A DNA stretch of 64,000 bases from a virus (lineage: Duplodnaviria; Heunggongvirae; Uroviricota; Caudoviricetes), in IMG/VR virus record IMGVR_UViG_3300014963_000512; one strand, 5' to 3'. The notes under the pieces were generated by a model that ran no database searches, had not been told where the DNA came from, and saw nothing but the letters and a program-made list of their open reading frames with translations. This document shows positions 1 to 9,598 of this stretch, piece by piece; position 1 is the stretch's first letter, and each line of letters opens with the position of its first letter. The translations under genes were made by a program, and so were the position numbers.

Positions 1-552
1 GTAGGGCAAGACCCCACAGACCCCGCCGCACACAGGGTACACCCCTTGCGGTTAAGGGTGTAGGGCAAGACCCCACAAGGCAAGCCACGGAATACAAGCG
101 GAGATGTTCGCCACTTCCGGGAATGGCAAGTCAACGCACTATTGAGCGAATGTCAATAGAGTACCTTTGCTATCAAAGGCGTCGCCGGTGCATGAGAGTT
201 AGGCTCATGGTACGAGATAGTGAAAATCCCCGGAGGTTTGCGCCTATGAACCTAAGTGCGGCTTGCATAACTGATGGCTATACAAGAACGACTTTTGAAA
301 GTAAGTAGTATCGTCCGAGTTTTCTACCCAAGGGTATTGCGCTCCGAGGAGCCGAAAGCAAGGGCATATAGGTATGAAAGCCGAATTTGGTCAAGTATTG
401 CGAATTGAACAGAACAGTCCCCGATAGAAATGAGTATCGGAAATGGTGCGTGTTCCGTTCGATACTGCAACGGCAACTTGGGGCAATATGTACCCCATAG
501 GCTGAAATGCAGAGCCGGAACCATTTCAAATATCGGGTTTATCATTGATAGA

Positions 553-584
553 GCCGCCGAGGGTTTTCTTCGGCGGCTTCATTG
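553..584 (+). terminator. GC-rich hairpin (gccgccga...tcggcggc) upstream of the first gene. Terminator-like, or part of a longer structured RNA.
   Basis: 9-bp perfect stem with loop ggttttc, read directly from the sequence. Confidence 0.35.
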
Positions 585-636
585 AGTGATAAACCTGTTA
601 TCACCCAAGAAAAAACTGTGAAAGGGGCATTTCAAA

Positions 637-1386
637 ATGACCAGAGAAGAAAACATCGCCAAATTGGCACAGTTGCGCTCTGACGCCGAAGCCCTTGTCA
701 AGGATTACAATGATGCAATCCAGAACGGCAAGTATGAGGACGCAACTAAAGCGGAAAAGGCTATGACCGAAAAGGTCAATGAGTACACCGCTACCGTCCG
801 GGATATGTGCTTTGAGGACTGCAAAAACACTGATAATCCCATGCTCACCGCAGTCACGACCTTGTCCTATGTTACCATCGGGGTCAAGGACGAGCAGAAG
901 GGCGATGACAAGGTTCCCGTCCGCACTATCGTGGATAAAGAGCGTCAGATTGACCTGCTCAAGCTCCACAAGTATTGCGGCAAAATCGGTGTCAACGAGA
1001 ATTGGGCGCATATCGCCCAGAAGATGAACTTTCTGCTGACCGCACAGAAAGCCGTGGATTTGGGTATCGACCCCAAAGCGGTCAACGACAGTTACGCCAT
1101 GAGCGAGATTGCCCGCGAGTTCGACATGGGCAAGAACCCCGTGAGCAAGACCAATCTGCTCAAGACTTTGCAGACGGTTATCACCGCCATGCTGGGCGAA
1201 CAGTATAAGGCGACATCCCACGATGTCAACTTCCTGATGTCCGTCTATTCCAAGAAGAACCGCAAGGCTCTGACCGTCACCTGCGCCAATCATCGGTATT
1301 TCCGCAACTATCTGGCAGAGGTTTGCCACCGCATCGTCACCGGCAAGTCCTACGAGTTGGACTATCGCACTAAGAAAGACAACTAA
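637..1386 (+). CDS. hypothetical phage protein (249 aa)
   Basis: Long ORF with an upstream purine-rich RBS (aaagggg). No recognisable motif. Confidence 0.6.
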   Translation: MTREENIAKLAQLRSDAEALVKDYNDAIQNGKYEDATKAEKAMTEKVNEYTATVRDMCFEDCKNTDNPMLTAVTTLSYVTIGVKDEQKGDDKVPVRTIVDKERQIDLLKLHKYCGKIGVNENWAHIAQKMNFLLTAQKAVDLGIDPKAVNDSYAMSEIAREFDMGKNPVSKTNLLKTLQTVITAMLGEQYKATSHDVNFLMSVYSKKNRKALTVTCANHRYFRNYLAEVCHRIVTGKSYELDYRTKKDN

Positions 1387-1506
1387 CTGCGGGTTTTGAA
1401 GAACCGCCGCCGAACCCATGCCAATGCTGGCAGTTTTGTAGAATGGGTCATCGTCCGGCGGTTTTTCTTATGCCCAAAGCCGCCAATCCACAAAAGGAGT
1501 TTTCAT

Positions 1507-1698
1507 ATGTCCTATGATGTTTTCAAAGAACGGGTAAAAGGGCTTGTGAACCGTTCCGGTTCTGCGGTGAGATTTTCTCACGAGGATGGGCGGCATATCG
1601 CCCGCTGTTCCGATGGCGTGACCATCATCGGAAATGTGGCTTGCCCGCGAGTTTTGGTCAAATGGGGAAGCGGTCATTCCGCTTACGCTACGATATAA
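1507..1698 (+). CDS. small hypothetical protein (63 aa)
   Basis: ATG preceded by aaaaggagt RBS. Longer upstream extension of the ORF lacks an RBS. Confidence 0.35.
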   Translation: MSYDVFKERVKGLVNRSGSAVRFSHEDGRHIARCSDGVTIIGNVACPRVLVKWGSGHSAYATI

Positions 1699-1862
1699 GT
1701 TTTTCCGCATTGGTACGCCGTAGGCAAAAGGGAAATTGGCGGCGTTAAATGAGGTGGGGAGCCAGTGCGGTTGCCGTAATGCGGCTTATCGAGTTTTCGA
1801 TAAACGGTCACAAGCCCGTGTAAACGCAGAGTGTGGTAATTACATAGTGGGAGGGTTCCGAT

Positions 1863-2081
1863 ATGGCAGGTTATGCAAGAAAATCGCTCACAAGAAACCA
1901 ACGCCGCCGGAAAGTCGTCGAGCAGAAGCTGATGGGTATTGCGCTCATCGCAATTTGCGCCCTGATGTTCTGGCTTGCGTCCACCGGAGTTACGCCGGAG
2001 GAAAAAGACTGCACGGCGGTTCTTCTCATTGCCCCTATCGGGTTCTACATGCTTTTCTCAAAGCAAATTGTAATCCTCTGA
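1863..2081 (+). CDS. small membrane protein (72 aa, two predicted TM helices)
   Basis: gggaggg RBS 6 nt upstream of ATG. Hydrophobic segments IALIAICALMFWLA and LLIAPIGFYMLF. Confidence 0.45.
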   Translation: MAGYARKSLTRNQRRRKVVEQKLMGIALIAICALMFWLASTGVTPEEKDCTAVLLIAPIGFYMLFSKQIVIL

Positions 2082-2585
2082 TTTCCCAGTTTGCTGCCTT
2101 TCACCATAGCACCGTCGAACTCAGCGCAATAAATTGCAGGGTTTCCGAATTGAAAACGACAGGGGTTTCAGAACGGTCATGGTGAAGGGTTTGCAGGCAC
2201 ATAGGAGGCAACATGGTATGGCGATTCGGTATCCCCGGAGTCTTTGAAATCCGCCGATATGGTTTTGGTGGAGTGTATCTGGTCATCGGGGAAACATGGT
2301 TCACCCTAAAGCGAGGTTCGATGCCGTAAGGCTGGCACGGTACGATTCCGTGGAGTGGTTTTCCGCTTAACGCTTAGTCCTTGTATTAGTGAAGGTAAGT
2401 GAGGGGGCACCCAAAATTCTGAAAGCTTTACAAGGCGTTGGGGACTACGAAAGTGTCCAAGCGTTATGGAAATGCTGCCATGACCACGGGATAAGATTAA
2501 GAAAGTGCATCCTTGGAAGTTGGAGTATTATGGCTATAGCCGTCGGGTGAAACTTCCTCCCGTTATCAATAATGGAAAGGAGCTT

Positions 2586-3194
2586 ATGATGGAAAAGTTC
2601 TTGTCTTTCCTTTTGATTTTACTCTTGGTTTCCTGTTGTAGTTGTTCTAAATCTCCGCAAAAGCTGACAGTAAGCGTCTACGGCGGCAAAACGGAAATCA
2701 ACCACTACGAGGAAATCGAGAAAGGTTTTCTGTCAGCGGTGGAAGCAAATGGTCTGCATGACTATCAGCTTGTCGATTCTTCCGAGTTGACCGCGGAACT
2801 GTTGGAAAGCCGTAACGGTGTCACAATCATCGAACGCTGTATCGGTATGGCAATAAATGCCGATAGTGGTGACGGCGTGATTTTGAACTCTCCGTCAAAC
2901 TGCGGCTGGTATATCGCTTGTCCAACAGATGGCTGCTATACCCAGTATAAGGTCGGGGATTATCAGATGCGGGATGGAACGGTTTTTCTGTCCTATATGG
3001 TTTATAACCCTGACAACAATTACATCGACGACATTATGGAACGATATGATTTCATTCTTGATAGAGGATTGGAGGTCGGCGGTATGTATGAGTTTCGTCA
3101 TATCAATGGGCACATCGAGGTTTTCCTCGATGGCGAGTTTCAGTTTTCTGCCGATACCATGCAGGAAGCGTATTGCGAACTGAAAGCGGGTTGA
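2586..3194 (+). CDS. lipoprotein (signal peptide plus Cys-rich lipobox-like LVSCCSC)
   Basis: ggaaaggagct RBS. N-terminal MMEKFLSFLLILLLVSCCSCS. Confidence 0.6.
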   Translation: MMEKFLSFLLILLLVSCCSCSKSPQKLTVSVYGGKTEINHYEEIEKGFLSAVEANGLHDYQLVDSSELTAELLESRNGVTIIERCIGMAINADSGDGVILNSPSNCGWYIACPTDGCYTQYKVGDYQMRDGTVFLSYMVYNPDNNYIDDIMERYDFILDRGLEVGGMYEFRHINGHIEVFLDGEFQFSADTMQEAYCELKAG

Positions 3195-3228
3195 CCGCTT
3201 TGTTTGATAAAGGAAAGGAGCTGGTTTA

Positions 3229-3510
3229 TTGAACAAGGAAGAAATGATTTCCGCTCTCGCACAGCGTACCGGGATGACAAAAGTGAATGCCCGTGTTGCT
3301 TTGGATGCTGTTTTCCAAATCATCACCGACACTTTGTCCGCCGGTGAGAAAATCAAGCTGACGGAGCTGGGCGTTTTCGAGGCAAGAGAGCGAGCGCCGA
3401 GGGTCGGCAGAAATCCGAAGGCCAATGTACCTGTTCCGATTCCTGCAAAGCGAGTGCCTTTCTTCAAACCCAGCGAGGGTCTGAAAGCAGCCGTTGAACA
3501 CGGCAAGTAA
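3229..3510 (+). CDS. hup: HU/IHF-family histone-like DNA-binding protein
   Basis: MNKEEMISALAQ...RNPKANVPVPIPAKRVPFFKPSEGLK matches the HU fold including the beta-arm (R-N-P-x-T...P). TTG start with AGGAG RBS. Confidence 0.85.
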   Translation: MNKEEMISALAQRTGMTKVNARVALDAVFQIITDTLSAGEKIKLTELGVFEARERAPRVGRNPKANVPVPIPAKRVPFFKPSEGLKAAVEHGK

Positions 3511-3544
3511 TTTATCAAAAATCAAAGATTAGGAGAACAAGTTT

Positions 3545-4186
3545 ATGACTACTGAAAAGATGACTGTCCATAAGGCGCTGTGTGAACTCAAGACGCTGGA
3601 TTCCCGTATCCAGAAGTGTATGCAGCAGAACCCCTTCGTTTTCGCCAACAAGCACGCCAACAGCAAGGTTGCCGGTGTGAGTGTCGGCGATTACTGTAAG
3701 GAGGTTCAGGCTTCTTACCAGTCCGCAAACGACCTCATATCCCGCCGTGATGCTATCAAGCGTGCGGTTACGCTGTCCAACGCCACTGTCAAGGTGACTA
3801 TCGGTGGCAAAGAGTACACGGTTGCCGAGGCAATCGAGTTGAAGAACCACGGCGTTCCCCTGAAGCAGATGCTGCTCAAGAAGCTGGACAACGACAATCG
3901 CCGTGCCCGCATGGAGGCCGACAAAAACAACGGCGATGTTCTGGAGCTGCGTGCCGATGAGTATGTCAAGTCCCTCTACGGCAATGTCGATATGAAGGGC
4001 GCCAGTGACGAAATCAAGAAAGTCCGTGCCGACTTCATCGCCGCACAGACAATGGAAATCGTTGACCCCATTCACATCGCCGATGAGATGGCTCGTCTGG
4101 AAAAGGAAATCAACGACTTCATGGTCGAGATTGACTCTGCCCTGTCGGTTTCCAATGCGCTGACCGAGCTGGAAATCTCCTACTGA
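3545..4186 (+). CDS. hypothetical phage protein (213 aa)
   Basis: ORF with aggagaacaagtttATG RBS. Confidence 0.6.
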   Translation: MTTEKMTVHKALCELKTLDSRIQKCMQQNPFVFANKHANSKVAGVSVGDYCKEVQASYQSANDLISRRDAIKRAVTLSNATVKVTIGGKEYTVAEAIELKNHGVPLKQMLLKKLDNDNRRARMEADKNNGDVLELRADEYVKSLYGNVDMKGASDEIKKVRADFIAAQTMEIVDPIHIADEMARLEKEINDFMVEIDSALSVSNALTELEISY

Positions 4187-4187
4187 T

Positions 4188-4460
4188 ATGAGCGATGTGC
4201 GTAAGCCGCAAAGCGGCGCCATCTACACTCGTGATGAGGCAATGCTTATTGTCGAGATGTTTGAGAATGTTCTTGACACCTACAACATCAAGGTTCCCTC
4301 TCCCGAAGATGACGAACGGGAGCCTGACAATGAAGCAAAGCTCTACGGAAGCGTCTACTCCGATTTGCTGGACAATGTTGAGGAATCTCTCATTGACCTG
4401 CTTGATAGGCATAAGAAGCACACAGTAATCGTGACAGACGAGTTTTCCGGAACCGTTTAA
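4188..4460 (+). CDS. hypothetical acidic protein (90 aa)
   Basis: ATG overlapping the upstream stop (TGATATG). Confidence 0.5.
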   Translation: MSDVRKPQSGAIYTRDEAMLIVEMFENVLDTYNIKVPSPEDDEREPDNEAKLYGSVYSDLLDNVEESLIDLLDRHKKHTVIVTDEFSGTV

Positions 4461-4935
4461 GCGATCAACTTCGTTGCCGTCCGAAAACCCCGAATCATAT
4501 GCCTTCTCTGTTTTGCCAAGTACAGATAAGTAAAGTGAAAAAGAATTGGCTCCAGCCTGCTAAGCTGATATTTAATTTTGTTAAAAGGTTCTAACAAAAT
4601 CAAATCTACATTTTTGGATGAACATAGCCGCCGTGCTTCTGATTGGTTAGACATAGAGAGCTAACCGGGAACGGCGGCATTTGAACTGTAAAGTTCAAAG
4701 CTCAAAATTAAATATTCAATGCTCAACCCTTAAAGCTTTTTATTGAAGAAAGCTCAAATACCAAAGCATAAACACCAACCTTTTGCAAAATCCAAGGGCA
4801 ATGGTTTGTCGGGTGTATATGTGACCGTGGGGAGTACCACTTGGCTGGGCGGTAACGAGTTGTTTATATATATGACCTCTGAGTAAGTGTGGCAAAGCGG
4901 AAAGACGCTTGGCGGTTCGGACAGACGAGCAATCA

Positions 4936-5025
4936 GGGAAAGTGGCGAAACGGTTAGACGCGGGGCGAGCTGAGCCCTGGGAAGTTGCGCAACCCTTGTT
5001 GGTTCAAATCCAACCTTTCCCACCA
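4936..5025 (+). tRNA. type-II (long variable arm) tRNA with an atypical anticodon loop gaGCTga. Most plausibly tRNA-Ser(GCU), possibly a pseudo-tRNA.
   Basis: Acceptor GGGAAAG/CTTTCCC plus A plus encoded CCA. Leu/Ser-like D-arm TGGCGAAACGGTTAGACGC. T-arm GTTGG-TTCAAAT-CCAAC. Position 33 is A instead of the conserved U. Confidence 0.5.
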
Positions 5026-5154
5026 AATAGGGAACGATGTTCACGCTTTGTTTCTGGAGCAAAGAATGTCCTGCATTTCCAGAGTGCAGGAAGCAGTAAA
5101 TTGGGGAACATCATGCGGCTGAGTAGCAAAAGGGTTTTAAGCCGTTTCCGAGAT

Positions 5155-5230
5155 GGGGATATAGCTCAGTTGGGAGAGCATCTGCTTTGCACGCAGAGGG
5201 TCGCCGGTTCAAGTCCGACTATCTCCACCA
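5155..5230 (+). tRNA. tRNA-Ala(TGC)
   Basis: Cloverleaf GGGGATA..TATCTCC-A-CCA. Anticodon loop TTTGCAC. CCA encoded. Confidence 0.9.
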
Positions 5231-5656
5231 AAAGCCCACTTGAAATGATATATAGTGGCTGGGTCAGCGACTACGCTGGGCGGAAGATAACGGGATATGA
5301 GCGTTGTGATGCTCTGGCACCGCCTTAACAAAAGCAAATCAAGCCGGTGAGAGATAGTTAATCGCCTAAAAGCTCAAGGGCATGAGCGCCAAACCATGTC
5401 GTAAACCAGAACCGGCGGGACTAAGCAGAGGTTTGGGTGGTATGTGCCTACCACGCTCCATCTATGGCTTGCCTTTTATATTGCAAGTGAGGTGTAGCTA
5501 AGACCGGGAATAAGGGATGTCGGCACATCGTCCTTGTCAGAGGCGAGGACGGCATACATAAGAGCGCAAGGCGAGGTTCCGGCAAACTTAGGTTTAGGCC
5601 GGAGTGTATGGCAAGGACGAGGACACCAAACATGACTTTGGTAAGGAGGCAAAAGT

Positions 5657-5857
5657 ATGGAGCGTAATGATTTTATATCCGGTGATGCGTATTACCGATA
5701 CAAATTTGAGCGTGAAAGCAAGAACGAAGAAATCCAGCGCCTCCGTACAAAGATGGAGCGAATGAGAACTGATAACTATGTTCGAGTAGCTTATGACAGT
5801 GTCGTAATAACGGTTCTTGTCGCATTTATAGCCTTCCTCTTGGTGGGCAGAGGCTGA
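5657..5857 (+). CDS. small membrane protein (66 aa, C-terminal TM)
   Basis: Strong RBS taaggaggcaaaagtATG. Hydrophobic tail ITVLVAFIAFLLVG. Confidence 0.5.
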   Translation: MERNDFISGDAYYRYKFERESKNEEIQRLRTKMERMRTDNYVRVAYDSVVITVLVAFIAFLLVGRG

Positions 5858-5883
5858 GAAACAATTCATAAGGAGGGGTGCCG

Positions 5884-6696
5884 ATGAGCAGCAAGATGAA
5901 CTACATACCACACATATCTTCCTACGAGGAAATCCGGGCCGAAATGAGCAACGACTTGCAGTATAGGCTGGCGAACAGGACAGCCAAAACTTCTCTCGGA
6001 CGCCCTCTCTATTACCGCATCAATGTCCAGATGATTACGACACAGGAGTGTCCGTTCCACTGCCCCTTCTGCTTGGAACGGCAGAACCCTATGTCGGGAG
6101 ACAATGATTTCGATGCACAAATCGAGGCGTTGAAGCGGGTTTTGCAGGAGCATCCCAACGCACGGCTGTCTATCACGGGCGGCGAACCCGGCCTTTATCC
6201 CAAGCACATCGCCAATATCGTTGAGACTTATCGTAAGAACGGTAATGATGTGTTTTGCTCCATCAACACCACGGGTTTCAGCACGGAGTTAAATGGACTG
6301 GCACACATCAACCTTTCACGCAACGATTATGTCTGGACAGACCCGGCTGGTTTTCCGGGGTGTACAGTTCAAACGATAGTTGAGAATCCTACGCTTGCTT
6401 CTATCAAGGACTACATGGAGATGGATGCCAGCAGCTTTTCTTTCCGGTTCCTGAGTGGCCTTGAAAAGAAGGATTACCCCGTAGACATCTGGAACGATTT
6501 GCAGCAGGATGCGGATGTTGATGTACACACATTCAGAATCGGTGATTTCTTTGTGTACGCAACCTTTGACTATGCAGGAAAACACGCCCGTGTAACACTC
6601 GGTGATATGTGGCAGCAGCGTCACAATGATTATGGTGACGGCTATTCCAATATCATTATCCATCCGGATGGCCGCGTGTCCACCAACTGGAGATAA
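5884..6696 (+). CDS. radical SAM enzyme (CxxxCxxC plus GGEP motifs)
   Basis: CPFHCPFC cluster at the N-terminus and ITGGEPG glycine motif. aaggagg RBS 8 nt before ATG. Confidence 0.75.
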   Translation: MSSKMNYIPHISSYEEIRAEMSNDLQYRLANRTAKTSLGRPLYYRINVQMITTQECPFHCPFCLERQNPMSGDNDFDAQIEALKRVLQEHPNARLSITGGEPGLYPKHIANIVETYRKNGNDVFCSINTTGFSTELNGLAHINLSRNDYVWTDPAGFPGCTVQTIVENPTLASIKDYMEMDASSFSFRFLSGLEKKDYPVDIWNDLQQDADVDVHTFRIGDFFVYATFDYAGKHARVTLGDMWQQRHNDYGDGYSNIIIHPDGRVSTNWR

Positions 6697-6709
6697 ATGG
6701 AGGGTTAGA

Positions 6710-6880
6710 ATGCGACGGATAAGAGTGTATATCGACATTCCCAACAAGACAGTTGTTGTTAAACGGGGTTTCTTCGGTTCCGCTGTCCAGTATTCTGGCG
6801 GATGGTGGGATGATTACTCCATTGCAGAAATCATCAAGCATTTTGAGGAGGAAGAAGATGGGCGAGGACATGATTGCTGA
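6710..6880 (+). CDS. small hypothetical protein (56 aa)
   Basis: ggaggg RBS plus ATG. Confidence 0.35.
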   Translation: MRRIRVYIDIPNKTVVVKRGFFGSAVQYSGGWWDDYSIAEIIKHFEEEEDGRGHDC

Positions 6881-7181
6881 TACCCTTAATGTCGGCGATA
6901 GAGTCGAATGTATCCGAGATTCGCCTGATGATAACGATAGTATCTCTGTTGGGATGCAGGGCGTTGTCTGCATTATCGTTGACACCTTCCCGCATATCGG
7001 GGTTAGATGGGACGAGGAGGTTGTCGGAGGTCATGACTGTTGGGAATCGTGTTCTCACGGGTACGGATGGTTCGTTGCGCCCAGCGATATTAAGCGCATT
7101 GACGACAGTGACGAGCTTGAAGTTGATGCAACAGAACTGGACAAGCTCTTTGAAACTTTCGCAAAGGAGGTCACTTCATGA
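6858..7181 (+). CDS. hypothetical protein (107 aa)
   Basis: gaggaggaagaagATG. Confidence 0.5.
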   Translation: MGEDMIADTLNVGDRVECIRDSPDDNDSISVGMQGVVCIIVDTFPHIGVRWDEEVVGGHDCWESCSHGYGWFVAPSDIKRIDDSDELEVDATELDKLFETFAKEVTS

Positions 7182-7390
7182 CGGTTCTGGATTTCATAAG
7201 AGCACACTTTTCTCTGGATTCTCGGGTTGATAGTCTGTTGGTTCGGCGTAACACAAACGGCCTTTGTGAAACGCTGTATAGCGGAGCCATCGACGATGAG
7301 CGTTACATGAAACCTGAAGTGAAGTGTGCCACAATTAGAAAGTGGTGTCTTCCCCGGCGTGGGAGTTCTATTATCCTGATTGTTGAGTAA
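7178..7390 (+). CDS. hypothetical protein (70 aa)
   Basis: ATGA overlap with the upstream gene. Confidence 0.4.
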   Translation: MTVLDFIRAHFSLDSRVDSLLVRRNTNGLCETLYSGAIDDERYMKPEVKCATIRKWCLPRRGSSIILIVE

Positions 7391-7396
7391 AAGATT

Positions 7397-7493
7397 CTGG
7401 TCTTATGCGGGTATGCTGGAATCGGCAGACAGGCAAGCTTGAGGTGCTTGTGCCCGTCGGGGCGTGTGAGTTCAAGTCTCACTACCCGCACCA
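7397..7493 (+). tRNA. tRNA-Leu(GAG)
   Basis: Acceptor GCGGGTA/TACCCGC-A-CCA. Anticodon stem CAAGC/GCTTG with loop TTGAGGT. Long variable arm. Confidence 0.85.
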
Positions 7494-7621
7494 CGGAGCC
7501 CTTCCAACAAACATGACTGGGGCAAGATTACAGGCTAACGGCTTTCCAATAGAGAGTACGCCTGTAATGACAAAATAGTTAGTCAGATGGTGGTTGGCTG
7601 ACCTTAAAGCCACTCTCATAT

Positions 7622-7705
7622 GCAGGATTGGTGGAATTGGCAGACACAGCGGATTCAAGTCCCGCTGCCTTTGGCGTAAGAGTTCGAGTCTCTTATCCTG
7701 CACCA
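7622..7705 (+). tRNA. tRNA-Leu(CAA)
   Basis: Acceptor GCAGGAT/ATCCTGC-A-CCA. Loop TTCAAGT. Long variable arm. One A-C mismatch at position 31-39. Confidence 0.8.
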
Positions 7706-7845
7706 TTAGCTTTGCCACGGTGTTGTGTCCTTTCAGCAGCTCTCTCCTTTTCGTCCGTCGTTCATCGCCTTCCTTTCAAACGGCAAAGCTGCTGTGGAAT
7801 CCAAGCGTGTCCACCTTTCTGGGCGCCCCGTAACAGCCGGTTTAT

Positions 7846-7921
7846 GCTTCCGTAGCTCAGCTGGTAGAGCACCGCCCTTTTAAGGCGGGTGTCATGGGTT
7901 CGAGCCCCATCGGGGGCACCA
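7846..7921 (+). tRNA. tRNA-Lys(TTT)
   Basis: Acceptor GCTTCCG/CGGGGGC (two G-U pairs). Stem CCGCC/GGCGG. Loop CTTTTAA. T-loop TTCGAGC. CCA encoded. Confidence 0.85.
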
Positions 7922-7949
7922 ATTTTAACTCGCAAGGAGGTTATTTACC

Positions 7950-8615
7950 GTGGGGGTTCATATTTATGTAGCCGCAAATACAGCGTGGACTTTCTTCCAA
8001 AGTCATAAAGACCGTTTGTCAAAGGAAATGGTCGTCATCGCAGAGAACACAGACACACAGTATGCGGTTTATCTTACCGAGGATAATGCGCTTCCTTTGT
8101 TTTCTGTGTGCAAGGGTGATGCAAAGCCAGAGTACGAAGAGTGTGTTCTGACCGAAACAGGGTGTAGCGAAGCGGCAAAGCGCCTGTATGCACAATATCT
8201 TTTTCCTATTATGATTGTTGACGGGAAGAAGTGCCCGCCGGAACCGCCGGAAGAAGAGCCGGAGGATTTGACTCGGCAGGATATGGAGGATGCGCAGTAT
8301 GAGCGTGAGGACGAGCTTTCTCTTGCTTTGTGTGATTTCCTGTCCGTGGTCTTGCAGGAGTCAATAGATAACAGCCCTGAAATCATGGATACATATGGAG
8401 AAATGTTCGTAAACGAGGTATTAGACCACTTCTTGGAGTACCTCGCACAGGAGCAGTGCTTATCCATTTACCGCCCCATGATTATCACGGATGAAGAAAC
8501 TGGCTGCGAGGTCTATACGGAGTTCCCGTATGAGGATGATGCCGGTTATCCGGTGGACGATGACGAGTTTAGCGGTGGTTTTTGGAATGATATTAAGGGC
8601 GGCGGTCTGAAATGA
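7950..8615 (+). CDS. hypothetical acidic protein (221 aa)
   Basis: GTG start with aaggagg RBS. Pro/Glu-rich linker. Confidence 0.55.
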   Translation: MGVHIYVAANTAWTFFQSHKDRLSKEMVVIAENTDTQYAVYLTEDNALPLFSVCKGDAKPEYEECVLTETGCSEAAKRLYAQYLFPIMIVDGKKCPPEPPEEEPEDLTRQDMEDAQYEREDELSLALCDFLSVVLQESIDNSPEIMDTYGEMFVNEVLDHFLEYLAQEQCLSIYRPMIITDEETGCEVYTEFPYEDDAGYPVDDDEFSGGFWNDIKGGGLK

Positions 8616-8629
8616 CCCGCCCTTCTTTT
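8598..8629 (+). terminator. rho-independent terminator
   Basis: gggcgg...ccgccc stem followed by ttctttt. Confidence 0.7.
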
Positions 8630-8631
8630 AT

Positions 8632-8722
8632 GGGGAGTTGGCCGAGTGGCTTATGGCGGCGGTCTTGAAAACCGTTGACGGTGATGAGCCGTCCGTGGGT
8701 TCAAATCCTACACTCCCCGCCA
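8632..8722 (+). tRNA. tRNA-Ser(TGA)
   Basis: Acceptor GGGGAGT/ACTCCCC-G-CCA. Anticodon loop CTTGAAA. Long variable arm. Confidence 0.85.
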
Positions 8723-8746
8723 CATTTTTGATTGGAGGTCTGTGAG

Positions 8747-9406
8747 ATGCCAAACTGCTTGGATAATATGCCCTGGCGTTCTTTGAAAGGGCTTGGAAAA
8801 TATGCGGCTGATTTCTTGCAGCTCGGAGATTACCGCAATGTTGTGCTGAAGAACGGTGCGCAGGTTCAGTTTCGCATCATCGGCTTCAATCATGACAAAA
8901 CAAGCGACGGTTCTTTGGCTCCCATTTCGTGGGAGATGGTAGACTGTCTGCCTAACACTTACCCGTGGAATAGACGGGACACCAACGAGGGGTCGTGGGA
9001 GGCAACCCAAATTCGCCACCGACTCAACGATGCGGACGGCGACATCCATCGTCTGATTCCCGATGAGATTTTGGATGTTGTCACGCCAGTCATTAAGCAG
9101 ACAGCCGATGTGTACACAGGAGAAAATCGTATCATTGAGACACTGGATTCTTTCTGGATAAAGTCCGAGAAGGAATTGTATGGGCGCAATATCTACTCTG
9201 CGCCCGGCGAGGGACATTGGTACGAATGGTATCGTCAGGAGGATGTCGCATGGTTCAAGCTTCGCAACGGTAATCCCGAGTACACCATGTTGCGTTCTCC
9301 TGGTTCTGGCAACAGCGGTTGTTTCTGTTATGTCTACAGCGACGGCTGCGCCTACTATGGCTACGCCGGCTACAGTTCTGGCGTCGCTTTCGGCTTCTGC
9401 ACTTAA
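8747..9406 (+). CDS. hypothetical protein with Gly/Tyr/Cys-rich C-terminus (219 aa)
   Basis: ggagg RBS 7 nt before ATG. Confidence 0.55.
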   Translation: MPNCLDNMPWRSLKGLGKYAADFLQLGDYRNVVLKNGAQVQFRIIGFNHDKTSDGSLAPISWEMVDCLPNTYPWNRRDTNEGSWEATQIRHRLNDADGDIHRLIPDEILDVVTPVIKQTADVYTGENRIIETLDSFWIKSEKELYGRNIYSAPGEGHWYEWYRQEDVAWFKLRNGNPEYTMLRSPGSGNSGCFCYVYSDGCAYYGYAGYSSGVAFGFCT

Positions 9407-9469
9407 AGCTGCATGGCGCAGCCATCAGCTTTTGCCCGAACCTGTAAAATCAAATAGCTTTTTACAAGT

Positions 9470-9506
9470 GCCCGGCGCTCCGTGAAGGAGACCGGGCGCG
9501 TTTTAT
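9470..9506 (+). terminator. rho-independent terminator
   Basis: gcccggcgctcc...ggagaccgggc hairpin followed by gcgtttta. Confidence 0.65.
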
Positions 9507-9598
9507 ACCCACAACGGCTCCAACCTCCCCGTGGTGTGGGCGGATAACCGCAAGGTGAACCAATAGGAGTACATCAGTATTGAAGGAGTACATACATC

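Noticed and set aside
1-76. Two copies of an 18-nt direct repeat gtagggcaagaccccaca (1-18 and 59-76) separated by 40 nt: CRISPR-like?
   Set aside because: Only two short repeats are visible. They are shorter than CRISPR repeats and no cas genes are present. More likely iterons, an att-core duplication, or part of a structured RNA continuing left of the window.
1736-2185. 149-aa + strand ORF in the 1699-2585 non-coding stretch
   Set aside because: No RBS. Arg/Cys/Gly-rich junk-like composition. It overlaps the better-supported small membrane-protein ORF 1863-2081 in another frame.
4754-7855. ORFs overlapping the tRNA genes (4754-5062 minus, 4909-5328, 7303-7494 minus, 7482-7718 minus, 7594-7855)
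   Set aside because: These are translations of tRNA sequences (VGFEPT and RLELTRP-type peptides) and are not protein-coding.
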